A stretch of 64,000 nucleotides of DNA. Origin: Candidatus Omnitrophota bacterium (GTDB lineage Bacteria > Omnitrophota > Gorgyraeia > 1-14-0-20-64-10). Below are positions 45,221 through 55,426 of this stretch, one piece after another (the first letter of the stretch is position 1; the number at the start of each line of letters is the position of its first letter). The notes beneath the pieces are model-generated. The model was not told the DNA's origin. It did not search any database and saw only the letters and a list, made by a program, of their open reading frames with translations. A program made the translations under genes and the position numbers. The stretch spans positions 212,159 to 276,158 of the forward strand of contig JAHFFE010000003.1 of assembly GCA_023248155.1 (NCBI GenBank), written 5' to 3'.

Positions 45221-46333
45221 TCAGAGTCCGAGGACCAGCCGCGCGGTATCGGCCGCGGCGTGGGGCTTTCCGAGCCGGCGCGCATGCTGGGCCATTGTTT
45301 TTAGATCATCAGGATGATGCAGCAGTTTGCGAACCACGGTGGCCAGGTGATCTGTTTTTTTGACCAGCAGTCCGGCCTTTTGCGATACCAGGAAATTGGC
45401 GTTGCGCATCTCCTGGCCCGGAATCGGATTGAGCGCGACGATCGGCAGCCCTTTCACCAGCGCCTCTGAAGTCGTCAAGCCGCCCGGTTTCGTGATAATC
45501 AGGCTGGAGACGCTCATCAGATCGGCGATGAAATCGACATGCGCGAATATACGTACCGGATGTTTCAGCGATGGAGCCCGCTTGATCAGACGGTGATAAA
45601 GCGATTCATTGCTTCCGGTGACCACCAGCAGTTGAAACGGCGCACTGATTTTATCGAGATCGTCGACCGCTTCCACCAGAGGACCCAAGCCCTGCCCGCC
45701 ACCCATCATCAGGAGCGTCGGCAGATGCGGATCAAGCTGAAGCCGGCGGCGGATCGACAACCAGTCGGGAGTGTGTCCGAACAACGGGTCGATTGGGATA
45801 CCGAACACCGATATTTTTTTTGGATCAATTTTGTGATCCACGAGCCAGTGTTTGGTTGTCTCGGCTGGCACCACATATCCATCCACCTGGTCATGCACCC
45901 AATAGGCATGCGGCGAGAAATCGGTCAATATGCCATACAATGGAATATTTTTTGTGTGTTCACGCTTGTAGTCGGAAACCAGCCCGCACGGAAACGCCTG
46001 CGTGCAGGCGACCACATCCGGGTTAAAATCGCGCATCAGCGCCTGTAAACGGGGGGAATCATACCGGTGCAATAGTTCGCGGATCTGCTGGGAGCGGCGA
46101 ACCACTTTTGGATTATCGTAGAGGTAGTCCCATACTTCAGGGGCCTTCTTGATAACGGAGAGGTACATCCGGTCGATCAAACGCGCCAAAAAAGGATTTA
46201 AGTACTGGAACGCGTCGATGTTCAGGATTTCCGCTTTGGGATTCAATTCGCGGATCGAATGCTCGATGGCGCGCGCCGCCCGGTAATGACCTGAATTCAC
46301 CGTGATATGGGTGAGAAGGATCCGGTGCCGCAT
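45221..46333 (-). CDS. MGDG synthase/UgtP-like diacylglycerol glycosyltransferase (GT28)
   Basis: SGHYRAA, TDF..H..W, GIPI, MGGGQG, TKPGGLTTSE, PGQE.RN. Confidence 0.9.
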   Translation of the reverse strand: MRHRILLTHITVNSGHYRAARAIEHSIRELNPKAEILNIDAFQYLNPFLARLIDRMYLSVIKKAPEVWDYLYDNPKVVRRSQQIRELLHRYDSPRLQALMRDFNPDVVACTQAFPCGLVSDYKREHTKNIPLYGILTDFSPHAYWVHDQVDGYVVPAETTKHWLVDHKIDPKKISVFGIPIDPLFGHTPDWLSIRRRLQLDPHLPTLLMMGGGQGLGPLVEAVDDLDKISAPFQLLVVTGSNESLYHRLIKRAPSLKHPVRIFAHVDFIADLMSVSSLIITKPGGLTTSEALVKGLPIVALNPIPGQEMRNANFLVSQKAGLLVKKTDHLATVVRKLLHHPDDLKTMAQHARRLGKPHAAADTARLVLGL

Positions 46334-46360
46334 TGAAAGACTCCTGGTGTTGGAACCGGT

Positions 46361-47551
46361 CTAACTGGAGATGGCCAAAACCTTACGGATCCGGTCCAGC
46401 GCTTCTTTCAGCCGGGGTTCCGGCTCTACCAGCGCGAACCGAACATACCCTTCCCCGTACTCCCCGAACCCGGTTCCGGGAGCGGTCACAACGCCGGCTT
46501 CCCTGACAAGGAGTGTCGAGAATTCCAACGAGGTCAATCCCTGGAACTTGGGCGGAATATGCGCCCAAATATAAAAAGTTGCTTTTGGAATCGGCACATT
46601 CCAGCCCATCTCATGCAACCCCTTGACGAACAGATCGCGCCGCTTCCGATAGGTTTCCACCAGATCCTTCACATAATCCTGAGGTCCGGTCAGCGCCAGG
46701 ATCGTCGCTTCCTGGATCGCGCGGAAGATGCCGAAGTCGATGTACGATTTTGTTTTCGCCAGTGATTTCAGAATTTCCGGATGTCCCACTGCCCAGGCGA
46801 TTCGCCAACCGGCCATATTGTAACTTTTGGAACAGGTGTGGAACTCGACGCAATAAGCGTCTTTCGCGCCCTTGGCCTGAAAAATACTGGGTGCTTTGTA
46901 GCCGTCAAAAACGATGTCCGAGTAGGCAATGTCGGAACACAAAATAATATCCTTGCCCTTGCCCCAGTCGACCAGTTCCTGATAAAAATCAAGGTCGACG
47001 GTGGCCGTCGTCGGGTTATGCGGATAGCTCACCAGAAAAATCTTGGTCATCTTGACCAGGTCTCGGTTCAACGTAGCAAAATTTGGGCGGAAATTATTTT
47101 CAGGTCCAAGTGGAATGTTGCACAGAATGCCGCCGGCCATGATCACGCCGTTGGCATGAACCGGATAATTCGGGCTTGTCACCATGCCGATGTCGTCGTT
47201 GTTCAGGAACGCCAGAGAGAGATGCGCAATTCCTTCCTTCGATCCAATCAGCGGAAGCACTTCCGTTTCCGGGTCCAGCTTCACGCCGAACCGCTGGTCG
47301 TACCATTGCGCGATCGCTTTGCGCAGACCTTTTTCGACATCGCCGTACGGCCGGGAATAGCGGTGGTTTTCCGGTTTCCTAACGGCAGCGGCCAGCGCTT
47401 CCACCACATGAGGAGGACTCGGTAAATCGGGATTACCCATACCCAAATCGATGAGGTCCTGCCCACGGGCCTTTGCCTGTTCTTTTAATTGATCAATAAT
47501 CGTAAACAGGTAGAGTGGCAGACGCTTCATTCGATTCGCTTCTGATAACAT
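46361..47551 (-). CDS. Class I/II PLP aminotransferase (LL-DAP aminotransferase/AlaC-like)
   Basis: DLGMGNPD, IGSKEG, YPHNPT, SKSYNMAGWR. Confidence 0.9.
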   Translation of the reverse strand: MLSEANRMKRLPLYLFTIIDQLKEQAKARGQDLIDLGMGNPDLPSPPHVVEALAAAVRKPENHRYSRPYGDVEKGLRKAIAQWYDQRFGVKLDPETEVLPLIGSKEGIAHLSLAFLNNDDIGMVTSPNYPVHANGVIMAGGILCNIPLGPENNFRPNFATLNRDLVKMTKIFLVSYPHNPTTATVDLDFYQELVDWGKGKDIILCSDIAYSDIVFDGYKAPSIFQAKGAKDAYCVEFHTCSKSYNMAGWRIAWAVGHPEILKSLAKTKSYIDFGIFRAIQEATILALTGPQDYVKDLVETYRKRRDLFVKGLHEMGWNVPIPKATFYIWAHIPPKFQGLTSLEFSTLLVREAGVVTAPGTGFGEYGEGYVRFALVEPEPRLKEALDRIRKVLAISS

Positions 47552-47563
47552 GCTTTCCCCCTC

Positions 47564-48424
47564 CTAGGGTGCTTCCTGGCCCGCCTGCAGCGCTTCATAC
47601 GCGTTATAGGAAGACCGAACATACGGCGCGCTGGCTACAAACGAAAATCCCATCTGCTGCGCCCACTCCTGATAAATTTTAAACTGCCCGGGTGTTACAA
47701 ACTCGGCCACCGCCGCGTGATTTTCAGTCGGACGCAGATACTGGCCGATCGTTACAATGTCGCATCCGGCGGAGCGTAAGTCAATCAATGCCTGACGGAC
47801 TTCTTCAGGCGTTTCGCCCATGCCGACCATAATTCCGCTTTTCGTCTTTAAACCGGGCCTGCCCAGTTCCGCAGCCAAACGCAAAACGCTCAGTGAGCGC
47901 TGGTAATCGGCCTGCGGCCGCACGCCGCGAGACAGCCGCACCACCGTTTCCAGATTGTGGTTGAACACATCCGGCGCCGCGTCGACGACGGTACGAATCA
48001 ATTCCGGCCGCGCGTGAAAATCAGGCGTCAGCACTTCAATCTGCGTTTCCTGCGCACGCCCTCGAATGGCCCGAATGCAAGCAGCGAAAAATGCGGCCCC
48101 TTCATCGGGCAGATCATCGCGGGCGACTGAAGTCACCACCGCGTATTTCAATCCCAGCCGCGCGATCGCTTCGGCCAGCCGCTGCGGCTCATCCCAATCG
48201 ACGGCCGACGGTTTCCCGGTATCGACCGCGCAGAATGAACAACGCCGCGTGCAGCGGTCACCCAAAATCATGAAGCTGACGTTGCCGTGGCTCCAGCACT
48301 CACCCAAATTCGGACAGCGCGCTTCTTCACAAACCGTGTGGAGCTTTAATTCTCCAACCAGCGCCTTGGCCTGGTCCCACTGCCCGTGCACCGACAAAGG
48401 CCGGCGCAGCCAGGCGGGAAACAT
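47564..48424 (-). CDS. lipA: Lipoyl synthase
   Basis: CEEARCPNLGEC, CTRRCSFC, VRSSY. Confidence 0.97.
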   Translation of the reverse strand: MFPAWLRRPLSVHGQWDQAKALVGELKLHTVCEEARCPNLGECWSHGNVSFMILGDRCTRRCSFCAVDTGKPSAVDWDEPQRLAEAIARLGLKYAVVTSVARDDLPDEGAAFFAACIRAIRGRAQETQIEVLTPDFHARPELIRTVVDAAPDVFNHNLETVVRLSRGVRPQADYQRSLSVLRLAAELGRPGLKTKSGIMVGMGETPEEVRQALIDLRSAGCDIVTIGQYLRPTENHAAVAEFVTPGQFKIYQEWAQQMGFSFVASAPYVRSSYNAYEALQAGQEAP

Positions 48425-48427
48425 CCG

Positions 48428-49513
48428 TTAGCCTTTCTTGACCCGGGCGATAATGGCGTCGGCCATTTCGCGCGTTCCAACGCTGGCGGCAGTCCGGTCG
48501 GCCTTCAAATCGTAGGTCACGAACTTGCCTTCCTTCACGATATCGGCAACCGCTTTCTCGAGGCGATCGGCCGCGGCCGTTTCGCCCAAATAGCGCAGCA
48601 TCAAAACACCGGAAAGGATCGTCGCCACCGGATTCACCTTGTTCTGTCCCGCATACTTGGGAGCCGAACCATGAACCGGTTCAAACAGCGCGATGCCGTC
48701 GCCGATGTTGGCGCCCGGCGCCATCCCGAGACCGCCGATCAATCCGGCGCAGAGGTCGGAAATAATATCGCCATACAAGTTCGGAAGCAACAGCAGATCA
48801 AACGCTTCCGGTCTTTGCACCAGCTGCATGCACATGTTGTCGACCAGCCGGTCTTCAAATTCAATCTTGCCCTCGTATTCAGCCGCTACTTCACGCGCCG
48901 ATTCGAGAAACAGTCCGTCCGAATATTTCATGATGTTCGCCTTGTGGACGGCCGTCACTTTTTTGCGGTTGTTCTTCACGGCGTATTCAAACGCGAATTT
49001 GGCAATCCGCTTCGAGGCGGTGCGTGAAATCGGCTTTAACGAAACAGCCGCGTCCGGACGGATTGTTTTTCCGCCCTTTGATTTCACCCACTCAATCAGC
49101 TCTTTCACTTCGGGCGTCCCATCGTCGTACTCAATGCCCGCGTAAAGATCTTCGGAGTTTTCGCGCACGATCACCATGTCGATATTTTTGTGAAACGCCG
49201 GCGCGCCTTCGTACAATTTCGCAGGGCGTACGCAGGCATACAAATCGAGCGCGTGGCGCAGCGCCACATTCACGGAACGGATTCCCTTGCCGATCGGCGT
49301 CGTGATCGGCCCTTTTAACGCAACTTTGTTTTTGCGGATTGATTCCAGAACCGACTCCGGCAGCGGAGATCCATGCTTGGCAATGGCGCCTTCACCGGCC
49401 TCACCCATCGTCCAGTTAAACGCAACGCCGGTCGCTTCCAAACAACGCTTTGTCGCCTCCGCGACTTCCGGCCCGATCCCGTCGCCCGGAATTAATGTAA
49501 CTGAATATGCCAT
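48428..49513 (-). CDS. Isocitrate/isopropylmalate dehydrogenase family (probably isocitrate dehydrogenase)
   Basis: [40 protein letters not shown]. Confidence 0.9.
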   Translation of the reverse strand: MAYSVTLIPGDGIGPEVAEATKRCLEATGVAFNWTMGEAGEGAIAKHGSPLPESVLESIRKNKVALKGPITTPIGKGIRSVNVALRHALDLYACVRPAKLYEGAPAFHKNIDMVIVRENSEDLYAGIEYDDGTPEVKELIEWVKSKGGKTIRPDAAVSLKPISRTASKRIAKFAFEYAVKNNRKKVTAVHKANIMKYSDGLFLESAREVAAEYEGKIEFEDRLVDNMCMQLVQRPEAFDLLLLPNLYGDIISDLCAGLIGGLGMAPGANIGDGIALFEPVHGSAPKYAGQNKVNPVATILSGVLMLRYLGETAAADRLEKAVADIVKEGKFVTYDLKADRTAASVGTREMADAIIARVKKG

Positions 49514-49516
49514 CGA

Positions 49517-50674
49517 TTAGACGCTCCGAATAAATTGATCAAAACGGTTTAACCCCTCTTCCAAATCTTTCCTTCCCAGCGCGAAACTTAACCGGACACA
49601 GCTATCCCATCCAAAACCGGAACCTGGGATTGCCGCGACCAAAGATTCTTTCAAAAACTTCTCCGCGAACGGGTCCGACTTCATACCGCTCGCCGAGATA
49701 TCGACGAAGCAGTAAAAAGCGCCGTGCGGTTCCACGAACGAAATTTTTTCGATCGACTTCAGACGCTTCACAAGAAAATCACGCCGCCACGAGAATTCCT
49801 TCACCATCTCATGAATCGGAGACTGATCACCGGTCAACGCGGCCACGGCCGCCTTTTGGCTGATTGAAGTGGGGTTCGAAGTGGAATGATCCTGCAGACG
49901 GGAGGCCGCGTCAACCACCTCTTTCGGTCCGGCCAGATACCCGATGCGCCAGCCGGTCATCGCGTACGCTTTTGAAACACCATCGACGACGATGGTGCGG
50001 TCCATCACCTCCGGCGCAACGGTGGCAATCGAAGGAGAATCGGTGCCGTAGGACAACTGGGAATAAATCTCGTCGCTGATGATCCAGAGGTTTTTCTCGC
50101 GCGCGACCTGCGCCAGTTTCTTCAGGCAGTCGGCCGACAAAACAACACCGGTCGGATTGGACGGACTATTGAGGATCAATACTTTTGTGCGCGGCGTGCA
50201 GGCCTTGGCAACGGCAGCCGGATCGAGCTGGAATCCGTTCTTCGGATCGGTCCGCAGTTCCACCGGAGTCGCTCCGGCCAGCCGGACCATTTCAGGATAG
50301 CTGACCCAGTACGGAGACGGAATCAGAACTTCATCGCCCTGCTCGACCAACACCATCAGCAGATTATAAATCGCCTGCTTCGCGCCGCAGGTAACGGCAA
50401 TCTGTTCCGGTTTATAGGAAAGACCGCGTTCCTTGAGCAGACGGGCGGCGATGGCCGCTTTTAAATCGGGGGTTCCGGTGGTCGGCGTATATTTGGTAAA
50501 CCCGGACTGAATCGCCTGAACAGCAGCCGCCTTGATAAAATCGGGCGTATCAAAATCAGGCTCTCCGGCCGCAAGATTGATGACCTGCTTGCCTTCCGCC
50601 TGCAGCTGTTTCGCCAACGCCGTAAAACGGAGCGTTGGAGAAGCCTTGACGGCCTGGATGCGCTGGTTCAACAT
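49517..50674 (-). CDS. aspC: Aspartate aminotransferase (class I)
   Basis: AGEPDFDTP, NSPSNPTG, SDEIY, SKAYAMTGWRIG. Confidence 0.9.
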   Translation of the reverse strand: MLNQRIQAVKASPTLRFTALAKQLQAEGKQVINLAAGEPDFDTPDFIKAAAVQAIQSGFTKYTPTTGTPDLKAAIAARLLKERGLSYKPEQIAVTCGAKQAIYNLLMVLVEQGDEVLIPSPYWVSYPEMVRLAGATPVELRTDPKNGFQLDPAAVAKACTPRTKVLILNSPSNPTGVVLSADCLKKLAQVAREKNLWIISDEIYSQLSYGTDSPSIATVAPEVMDRTIVVDGVSKAYAMTGWRIGYLAGPKEVVDAASRLQDHSTSNPTSISQKAAVAALTGDQSPIHEMVKEFSWRRDFLVKRLKSIEKISFVEPHGAFYCFVDISASGMKSDPFAEKFLKESLVAAIPGSGFGWDSCVRLSFALGRKDLEEGLNRFDQFIRSV

Positions 50675-50686
50675 GCGCGCACCCGT

Positions 50687-51178
50687 TTAGCCGTCGGACT
50701 TCTTGGCGCCTTTGCTCTTTTGAGCGGCGCCGGCAGGTCCTTTTTTACCCTGGGTTTCGTCGGAAATGGCCGCCGGCTTCTTCTCGGCATCTGCCGGCTT
50801 TAACTTATCCTTCTTTTTCTGGCTCAGTTCAACGAGCTCAAGGATCGACATCCGCGCGCTGTCACCGGCACGGACACCGTCATGAAGCACGCGCGTGTAT
50901 CCGCCGTTGCGGCCCTGAAAACGGGGCGCAATTTCGGCAAATAACTTGCGAATGACTTCGGTATCATTGAGAATCGTTAATGCCTGCCGCCGGGCCGCCA
51001 AAGATCCCTTCTTGCCCAGCGTGATCAGCTTTTCAGTGATCTGCTGCGCTTCCTTGGCTTTGGCATGCGTCGTCCGAATCTGCTCATTGATCAACAATGC
51101 CTGAGCGAGACTGCGGACAGTGGCCTTACGCCATTGTGAATTACGGCCGAAATTTCGTGTCACAACTCCATGCGACAT
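50687..51178 (-). CDS. rplQ: 50S ribosomal protein L17
   Basis: IRTT.AKAKE, RNGGYTR; follows rpoA. Confidence 0.97.
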   Translation of the reverse strand: MSHGVVTRNFGRNSQWRKATVRSLAQALLINEQIRTTHAKAKEAQQITEKLITLGKKGSLAARRQALTILNDTEVIRKLFAEIAPRFQGRNGGYTRVLHDGVRAGDSARMSILELVELSQKKKDKLKPADAEKKPAAISDETQGKKGPAGAAQKSKGAKKSDG

Positions 51179-51188
51179 GGCTATCCCC

Positions 51189-52181
51189 TTATTCGGAAAC
51201 CTGCTCCAGAATTTTCTTGTCCAGTTTCATTCCAAAATCGAGACCCATTCCCTTGAGAATAACCCCAATCTCGGTCAACGACTTCTTTCCAAAATTGCGG
51301 TACTTGAGCATTTCCGGCTCGGATTTCTGCACGAGATCGGCCAATGTCTTGATCTTGGCCTCACGCAGGCAGTTCGCCGAACGAACCGACAATTCCAGTT
51401 CGCTGACCGGCATCCGCAGCTTGTCGACGATATCATCGGAAAGATCCTGCTCTTCCGACTGCGCTTCTTCGTCGGGAAGCTCGCCGAACGAGGTGAATAC
51501 TTCCAGATGCTTCTGGAAGATATGCCCCGCCGTCAACAGCGCTTCTTTCGGATTGATTGAGCCATTGGTCCAGATCTCGATAATCAACCGCTCGTAATCG
51601 GTCATCTGTCCGACGCGGGTATTCTCGACCCAGAAATTCACTTTGCGGACCGGAGAAAAAATCGAATCAATCGGAACCACGCCGATCGGCTGCGATTCTT
51701 TCCGGTTGCGGTCGGCCGGCACATAACCGCGGCCGATGCCGAGTTCCATCTCGAGATGGAACTTGCCCGACTTGGTCAGCGTCGCGATGTGCAGGTCGGG
51801 ATTCAGAACCTCGACCGTTTCATCGGTGACGATGTCCGACGCCTTGATGGCGCCCTTCGATTCCTTCGCGATCGTCAGCGTCTTCGGCGAACGGGAATGC
51901 GACTTGAGCACCAGCTGCTTGATGTTCATCACGATTTCCGGAACATCTTCCGTCACGCCCGGAACCGTCGAGAACTCGTGCAGAGCCCCGTCGAACTTCA
52001 CCGACGTAACCGCAGCCCCCTCAAGCGAAGACAACAGAACACGGCGCAGCGCGTTGCCGACCGTCGTTCCATAACCCCGCTCAAACGGTTCCGCAATAAA
52101 TTTTCCATAATTCAGCGCGTAAGAAGATTCTTCCACTTCCACGCGAGACGGCATTTCAAAATCTTTCCATGCGATTCCCAT
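51189..52181 (-). CDS. rpoA: RNA polymerase alpha subunit
   Basis: EPFERGYGTT.GNALRR, ELSVRSANCL, NFGKKS. Confidence 0.98.
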   Translation of the reverse strand: MGIAWKDFEMPSRVEVEESSYALNYGKFIAEPFERGYGTTVGNALRRVLLSSLEGAAVTSVKFDGALHEFSTVPGVTEDVPEIVMNIKQLVLKSHSRSPKTLTIAKESKGAIKASDIVTDETVEVLNPDLHIATLTKSGKFHLEMELGIGRGYVPADRNRKESQPIGVVPIDSIFSPVRKVNFWVENTRVGQMTDYERLIIEIWTNGSINPKEALLTAGHIFQKHLEVFTSFGELPDEEAQSEEQDLSDDIVDKLRMPVSELELSVRSANCLREAKIKTLADLVQKSEPEMLKYRNFGKKSLTEIGVILKGMGLDFGMKLDKKILEQVSE

Positions 52182-52194
52182 GAAATCCTCCTGA

Positions 52195-52824
52195 TTACTT
52201 CGAGTACAACTCGACGATCAAAGATTCTTGGACCGGGAACTGAACATCGTCCCGTTTCGGAATTCCCACAACGGTACCCGCCGGTTCTTCCGGATGACGT
52301 TCCAGCCACGCCGGTAAAGGACGCTCTTTAGTCGCTTCACGCGTCTCTTTAATCTGGGCCAGGAACTTCTCCGAACCCATCAGACGAATCGCCACGCCCG
52401 GCCGCACGGAGTAAGACGGAATATTCACCCGCCGGTTCGCAATCCGCACATGGCCGTGAGAGACGATCAACCGGGCCTGGGACCGTGAGGTCGCAAAACC
52501 CAGCCGGAACACGACATTGTCCAGCCGCCGCTCCAGCAACTCGAGCAGCTTTTCACCGGTAACTCCCTTCGCGCGCGTCGCCTGCGAAAAGGTGCTCCGG
52601 AACTGTTTTTCCATCAACCCGTACATTCGTTTTACTTTTTGCTTCTCGCGCAGCTGAAGGCCATAGTCCGACAGCTTCTTGACGCGCGCATCCCCATGCT
52701 GACCGGGAGGAAAACTGCGCTTCTGGAACGGGCACTTTTCCGTCAAACATTTCGTGCCCTTCAAAAATAATTTCATGCCTTGACGGCGGCAAAGGCGGCA
52801 GGAAGGTCCTGTATATCGTGCCAT
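52195..52824 (-). CDS. rpsD: 30S ribosomal protein S4
   Basis: MARYTGP, QLREKQK, LERRLDNVV, VELYSK. Confidence 0.98.
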   Translation of the reverse strand: MARYTGPSCRLCRRQGMKLFLKGTKCLTEKCPFQKRSFPPGQHGDARVKKLSDYGLQLREKQKVKRMYGLMEKQFRSTFSQATRAKGVTGEKLLELLERRLDNVVFRLGFATSRSQARLIVSHGHVRIANRRVNIPSYSVRPGVAIRLMGSEKFLAQIKETREATKERPLPAWLERHPEEPAGTVVGIPKRDDVQFPVQESLIVELYSK

Positions 52825-53211
52825 TTAGACTCTCCGCCGTTTCGGGGGACGGCAGCCGTTATGCGGAACCGGCGTCACATCCCGAATCACTTTGATCGTC
52901 AAGCCGGCGGCCTGCAGCGCGCGAACCGCTGATTCGCGTCCCGACCCGGGTCCCTTGACGAAAACTTCCACTTCCTTCATGCCCGCGCTGATCGCCTTCT
53001 TCGCCGCATCCTCGGCAGCCACCTGCGCCGCGAACGGAGTCGACTTCTTGGACCCGGTGAATTTCACCGTGCCGGTCGACGCCCAGCAGATCACATTGCC
53101 CTGCCGGTCCGTAATCGTGACAATCGTGTTGTTAAATGTGGAATGGATATGCGCGATTCCGCTGCTTACTTGTATTCTCGCCTTCTTGCGAGGCTTTGCA
53201 CCGTCAGCCAT
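52825..53211 (-). CDS. rpsK: 30S ribosomal protein S11
   Basis: [26 protein letters not shown]. Confidence 0.98.
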   Translation of the reverse strand: MADGAKPRKKARIQVSSGIAHIHSTFNNTIVTITDRQGNVICWASTGTVKFTGSKKSTPFAAQVAAEDAAKKAISAGMKEVEVFVKGPGSGRESAVRALQAAGLTIKVIRDVTPVPHNGCRPPKRRRV

Positions 53212-53223
53212 TCAATTCCTCCT

Positions 53224-53619
53224 TTAAGCCTTTTTTCCGCCCGCGACCGGGGTCTTTTTCTTCATGCCCACACCGGCCTTGGGTCCCTTGCGCGTACGCC
53301 CGTTCGTATGCGTACGCTGGCCGCGCACCGGAAGACCGCGGCGATGCCGCGTTCCGCGGTAAGCGCCGATGTCAATCAGGCGGCGAATGTTCTGCGAAAT
53401 ATCGCGCCGAAGGTCCCCTTCCACTTTATAATTCTGAGACAGGATGCCGTTGATTTTAATAATCTGATCGTCGGTCAGATCCTTGGCCCGCGTTGTGAGA
53501 TCAATCCCGGCCTGGGTCAAAATTTTGACAGACTGGAATTTCCCGATCCCGTATAAATAGGTGAGCGCGACATCCACCCGCTTTTCGCGCGGAAGATCAA
53601 CTCCGACAATTCGTGGCAT
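53224..53619 (-). CDS. rpsM: 30S ribosomal protein S13
   Basis: [18 protein letters not shown]. Confidence 0.98.
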   Translation of the reverse strand: MPRIVGVDLPREKRVDVALTYLYGIGKFQSVKILTQAGIDLTTRAKDLTDDQIIKINGILSQNYKVEGDLRRDISQNIRRLIDIGAYRGTRHRRGLPVRGQRTHTNGRTRKGPKAGVGMKKKTPVAGGKKA

Positions 53620-53622
53620 TGA

Positions 53623-53736
53623 TTAACCCTGTCTTTGCTTGTGCCGCGGATTCGTGCAAATAACACGAGCCACGCGGTTTCGTTTAACGATACGGCACCG
53701 TTCACAAATTCGGCGAATCGACGCTTTTACCTTCAT
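53623..53736 (-). CDS. rpmJ: 50S ribosomal protein L36 (37 aa, not in the ORF track)
   Basis: Hand translation [37 protein letters not shown]. Confidence 0.97.
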   Translation of the reverse strand: MKVKASIRRICERCRIVKRNRVARVICTNPRHKQRQG

Positions 53737-53766
53737 CGCTTTGCTCTTTTCTTCCTGTCGTTTAAA

Positions 53767-53988
53767 CTACGCTTTTATCCGGAAGGTGATTCGCCCGCGT
53801 TCCAGATCGTACGGCGACATCTCTACCGTCACATTATCTCCCGGCAAAATTCGGATGAAATGCATCCGCATCTTTCCGGCCACATGGGCCAGCAACCGAT
53901 GCCCGCTTTCAAGCTCCACGCGAAACATCGCGTTCGGCAGAGCCTCAATCACTGTTCCTTCTACCTGGATGCCTTCTTCTTTGGCCAT
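53767..53988 (-). CDS. infA: Translation initiation factor IF-1
   Basis: [24 protein letters not shown]. Confidence 0.98.
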   Translation of the reverse strand: MAKEEGIQVEGTVIEALPNAMFRVELESGHRLLAHVAGKMRMHFIRILPGDNVTVEMSPYDLERGRITFRIKA

Positions 53989-54734
53989 TACTGCTTTGTC
54001 AAAATCTCCGGTCCGTGCTCCGTAATTGCCACCGTATGCTCGAAATGAGCCGACAAATTTCCATCTTTCGTCACGACCGTCCATCCGTCTTCCAAAACCC
54101 GGACGGCCGGCTTGCCCAAGTTGACCATCGGTTCAATCGCCAGAACCATCCCCGCTTTCAACTCAGGTCCAAATCCCGGAGCCCCGTAATTGGGAACTTC
54201 CGGCGGCTCATGCAGCTGCTTGCCGATCCCATGCCCCACAAACTCGCGCACCACGGTGTATCCGGCCTTCTCGGCGCAGGTCTGAACCGCGTGCGAAATA
54301 TCCGACAACCGGTTTCCGGGCCGCGCCTTCGCGATCCCTTCGTGCAGCGAACTTTCCGTGACCCGCAGCAGCTGCTTGGCTTCTTTCGAAACCGCGCCGA
54401 CTGCCACCGTCACGGCCGCATCCGCGTAATACTCTTCCACGATCGCGCCGACATCCAGCCCAACGATGTCGCCTTCGTTCAACACACGCTGCGACGGAAT
54501 TCCATGCACCACCTGCTCATTCACCGAAATACAGATGTTGCCTGGAAATCCGCGGTAGCCTTTAAATGCCACCTTGCCGCCCAACCGCACAATCGTCTGC
54601 CGAGCCAACTCATCGAGCTCAGCGGTTGTGAGTCCGGGCTTGACTGCAGCCTTCAAAACTTCCAGCAGTCCCCCCACCACTTTTCCGGCTTTGCGCATCT
54701 TCGTAATTTGATCAGCCGTTTTCAGCTCGATCAT
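53988..54734 (-). CDS. map: Methionine aminopeptidase type I
   Basis: [33 protein letters not shown]. Confidence 0.97.
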   Translation of the reverse strand: MIELKTADQITKMRKAGKVVGGLLEVLKAAVKPGLTTAELDELARQTIVRLGGKVAFKGYRGFPGNICISVNEQVVHGIPSQRVLNEGDIVGLDVGAIVEEYYADAAVTVAVGAVSKEAKQLLRVTESSLHEGIAKARPGNRLSDISHAVQTCAEKAGYTVVREFVGHGIGKQLHEPPEVPNYGAPGFGPELKAGMVLAIEPMVNLGKPAVRVLEDGWTVVTKDGNLSAHFEHTVAITEHGPEILTKQ

Positions 54735-54757
54735 ATTAAGACGAATCGCTTCCCGGG

Positions 54758-55420
54758 TCATGCCACCAGCCGCTCTTTCTTCAGCACTTCAACCAGCGCC
54801 TGATACTGCGCTTCAATTTCCAGATCGCCAGGCACCGGCCGCACTTTTTTCTGACTGCCGTAAAATTCCAGCAGCGGCTCTGTCTGCCGGTGGTACACCA
54901 CAAACCGCCGGCGGATTGTTTCCGGCTGATCATCCGGCCTCACTTGAAGCAACTCGCCGCAATGATCGCACTGTCCCGGTTTTTTCGGAACCAGGTTCTT
55001 CATGTGATAACTGGCCCCGCAGGTCCGGCAAATTCGCCGACCTTCGAGCCGCTTGAGGATTTTGTCCTCGTCCATCTCAAAATCAATAATCAGGTCGACC
55101 GGTTTGTGCCGGTGTTCGATCAGCCAGGCATCCAGCGCCAGCGCCTGATCTTTCGTCCGCGGAAACCCGTCCAGCACGAACGACTGGTTCTTGGCCAGTT
55201 TCCCGAGCCGGTCCAGCATCAACCCGGTAATCAGATCATCCGGGACTAGCTGCCCGGCCTTCATGAACCGGTCTGCCTCTTTCCCGATCGGCTCGTTACC
55301 GCGGATCGCTTCCCGCAAAATATCGCCGCTGGCCAAACTAATCACTCCGTGGCGTTGCAGCAACAACAGCGACTGCGTTCCCTTACCGGCCCCCGGAGGC
55401 CCTAAAAAAATCAGACGCAT
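54758..55420 (-). CDS. adk: Adenylate kinase
   Basis: GPPGAGKGTQ, LDGFPRT, Zn lid CRTC/CDHC. Confidence 0.97.
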   Translation of the reverse strand: MRLIFLGPPGAGKGTQSLLLLQRHGVISLASGDILREAIRGNEPIGKEADRFMKAGQLVPDDLITGLMLDRLGKLAKNQSFVLDGFPRTKDQALALDAWLIEHRHKPVDLIIDFEMDEDKILKRLEGRRICRTCGASYHMKNLVPKKPGQCDHCGELLQVRPDDQPETIRRRFVVYHRQTEPLLEFYGSQKKVRPVPGDLEIEAQYQALVEVLKKERLVA

Positions 55421-55426
55421 CGGGCT

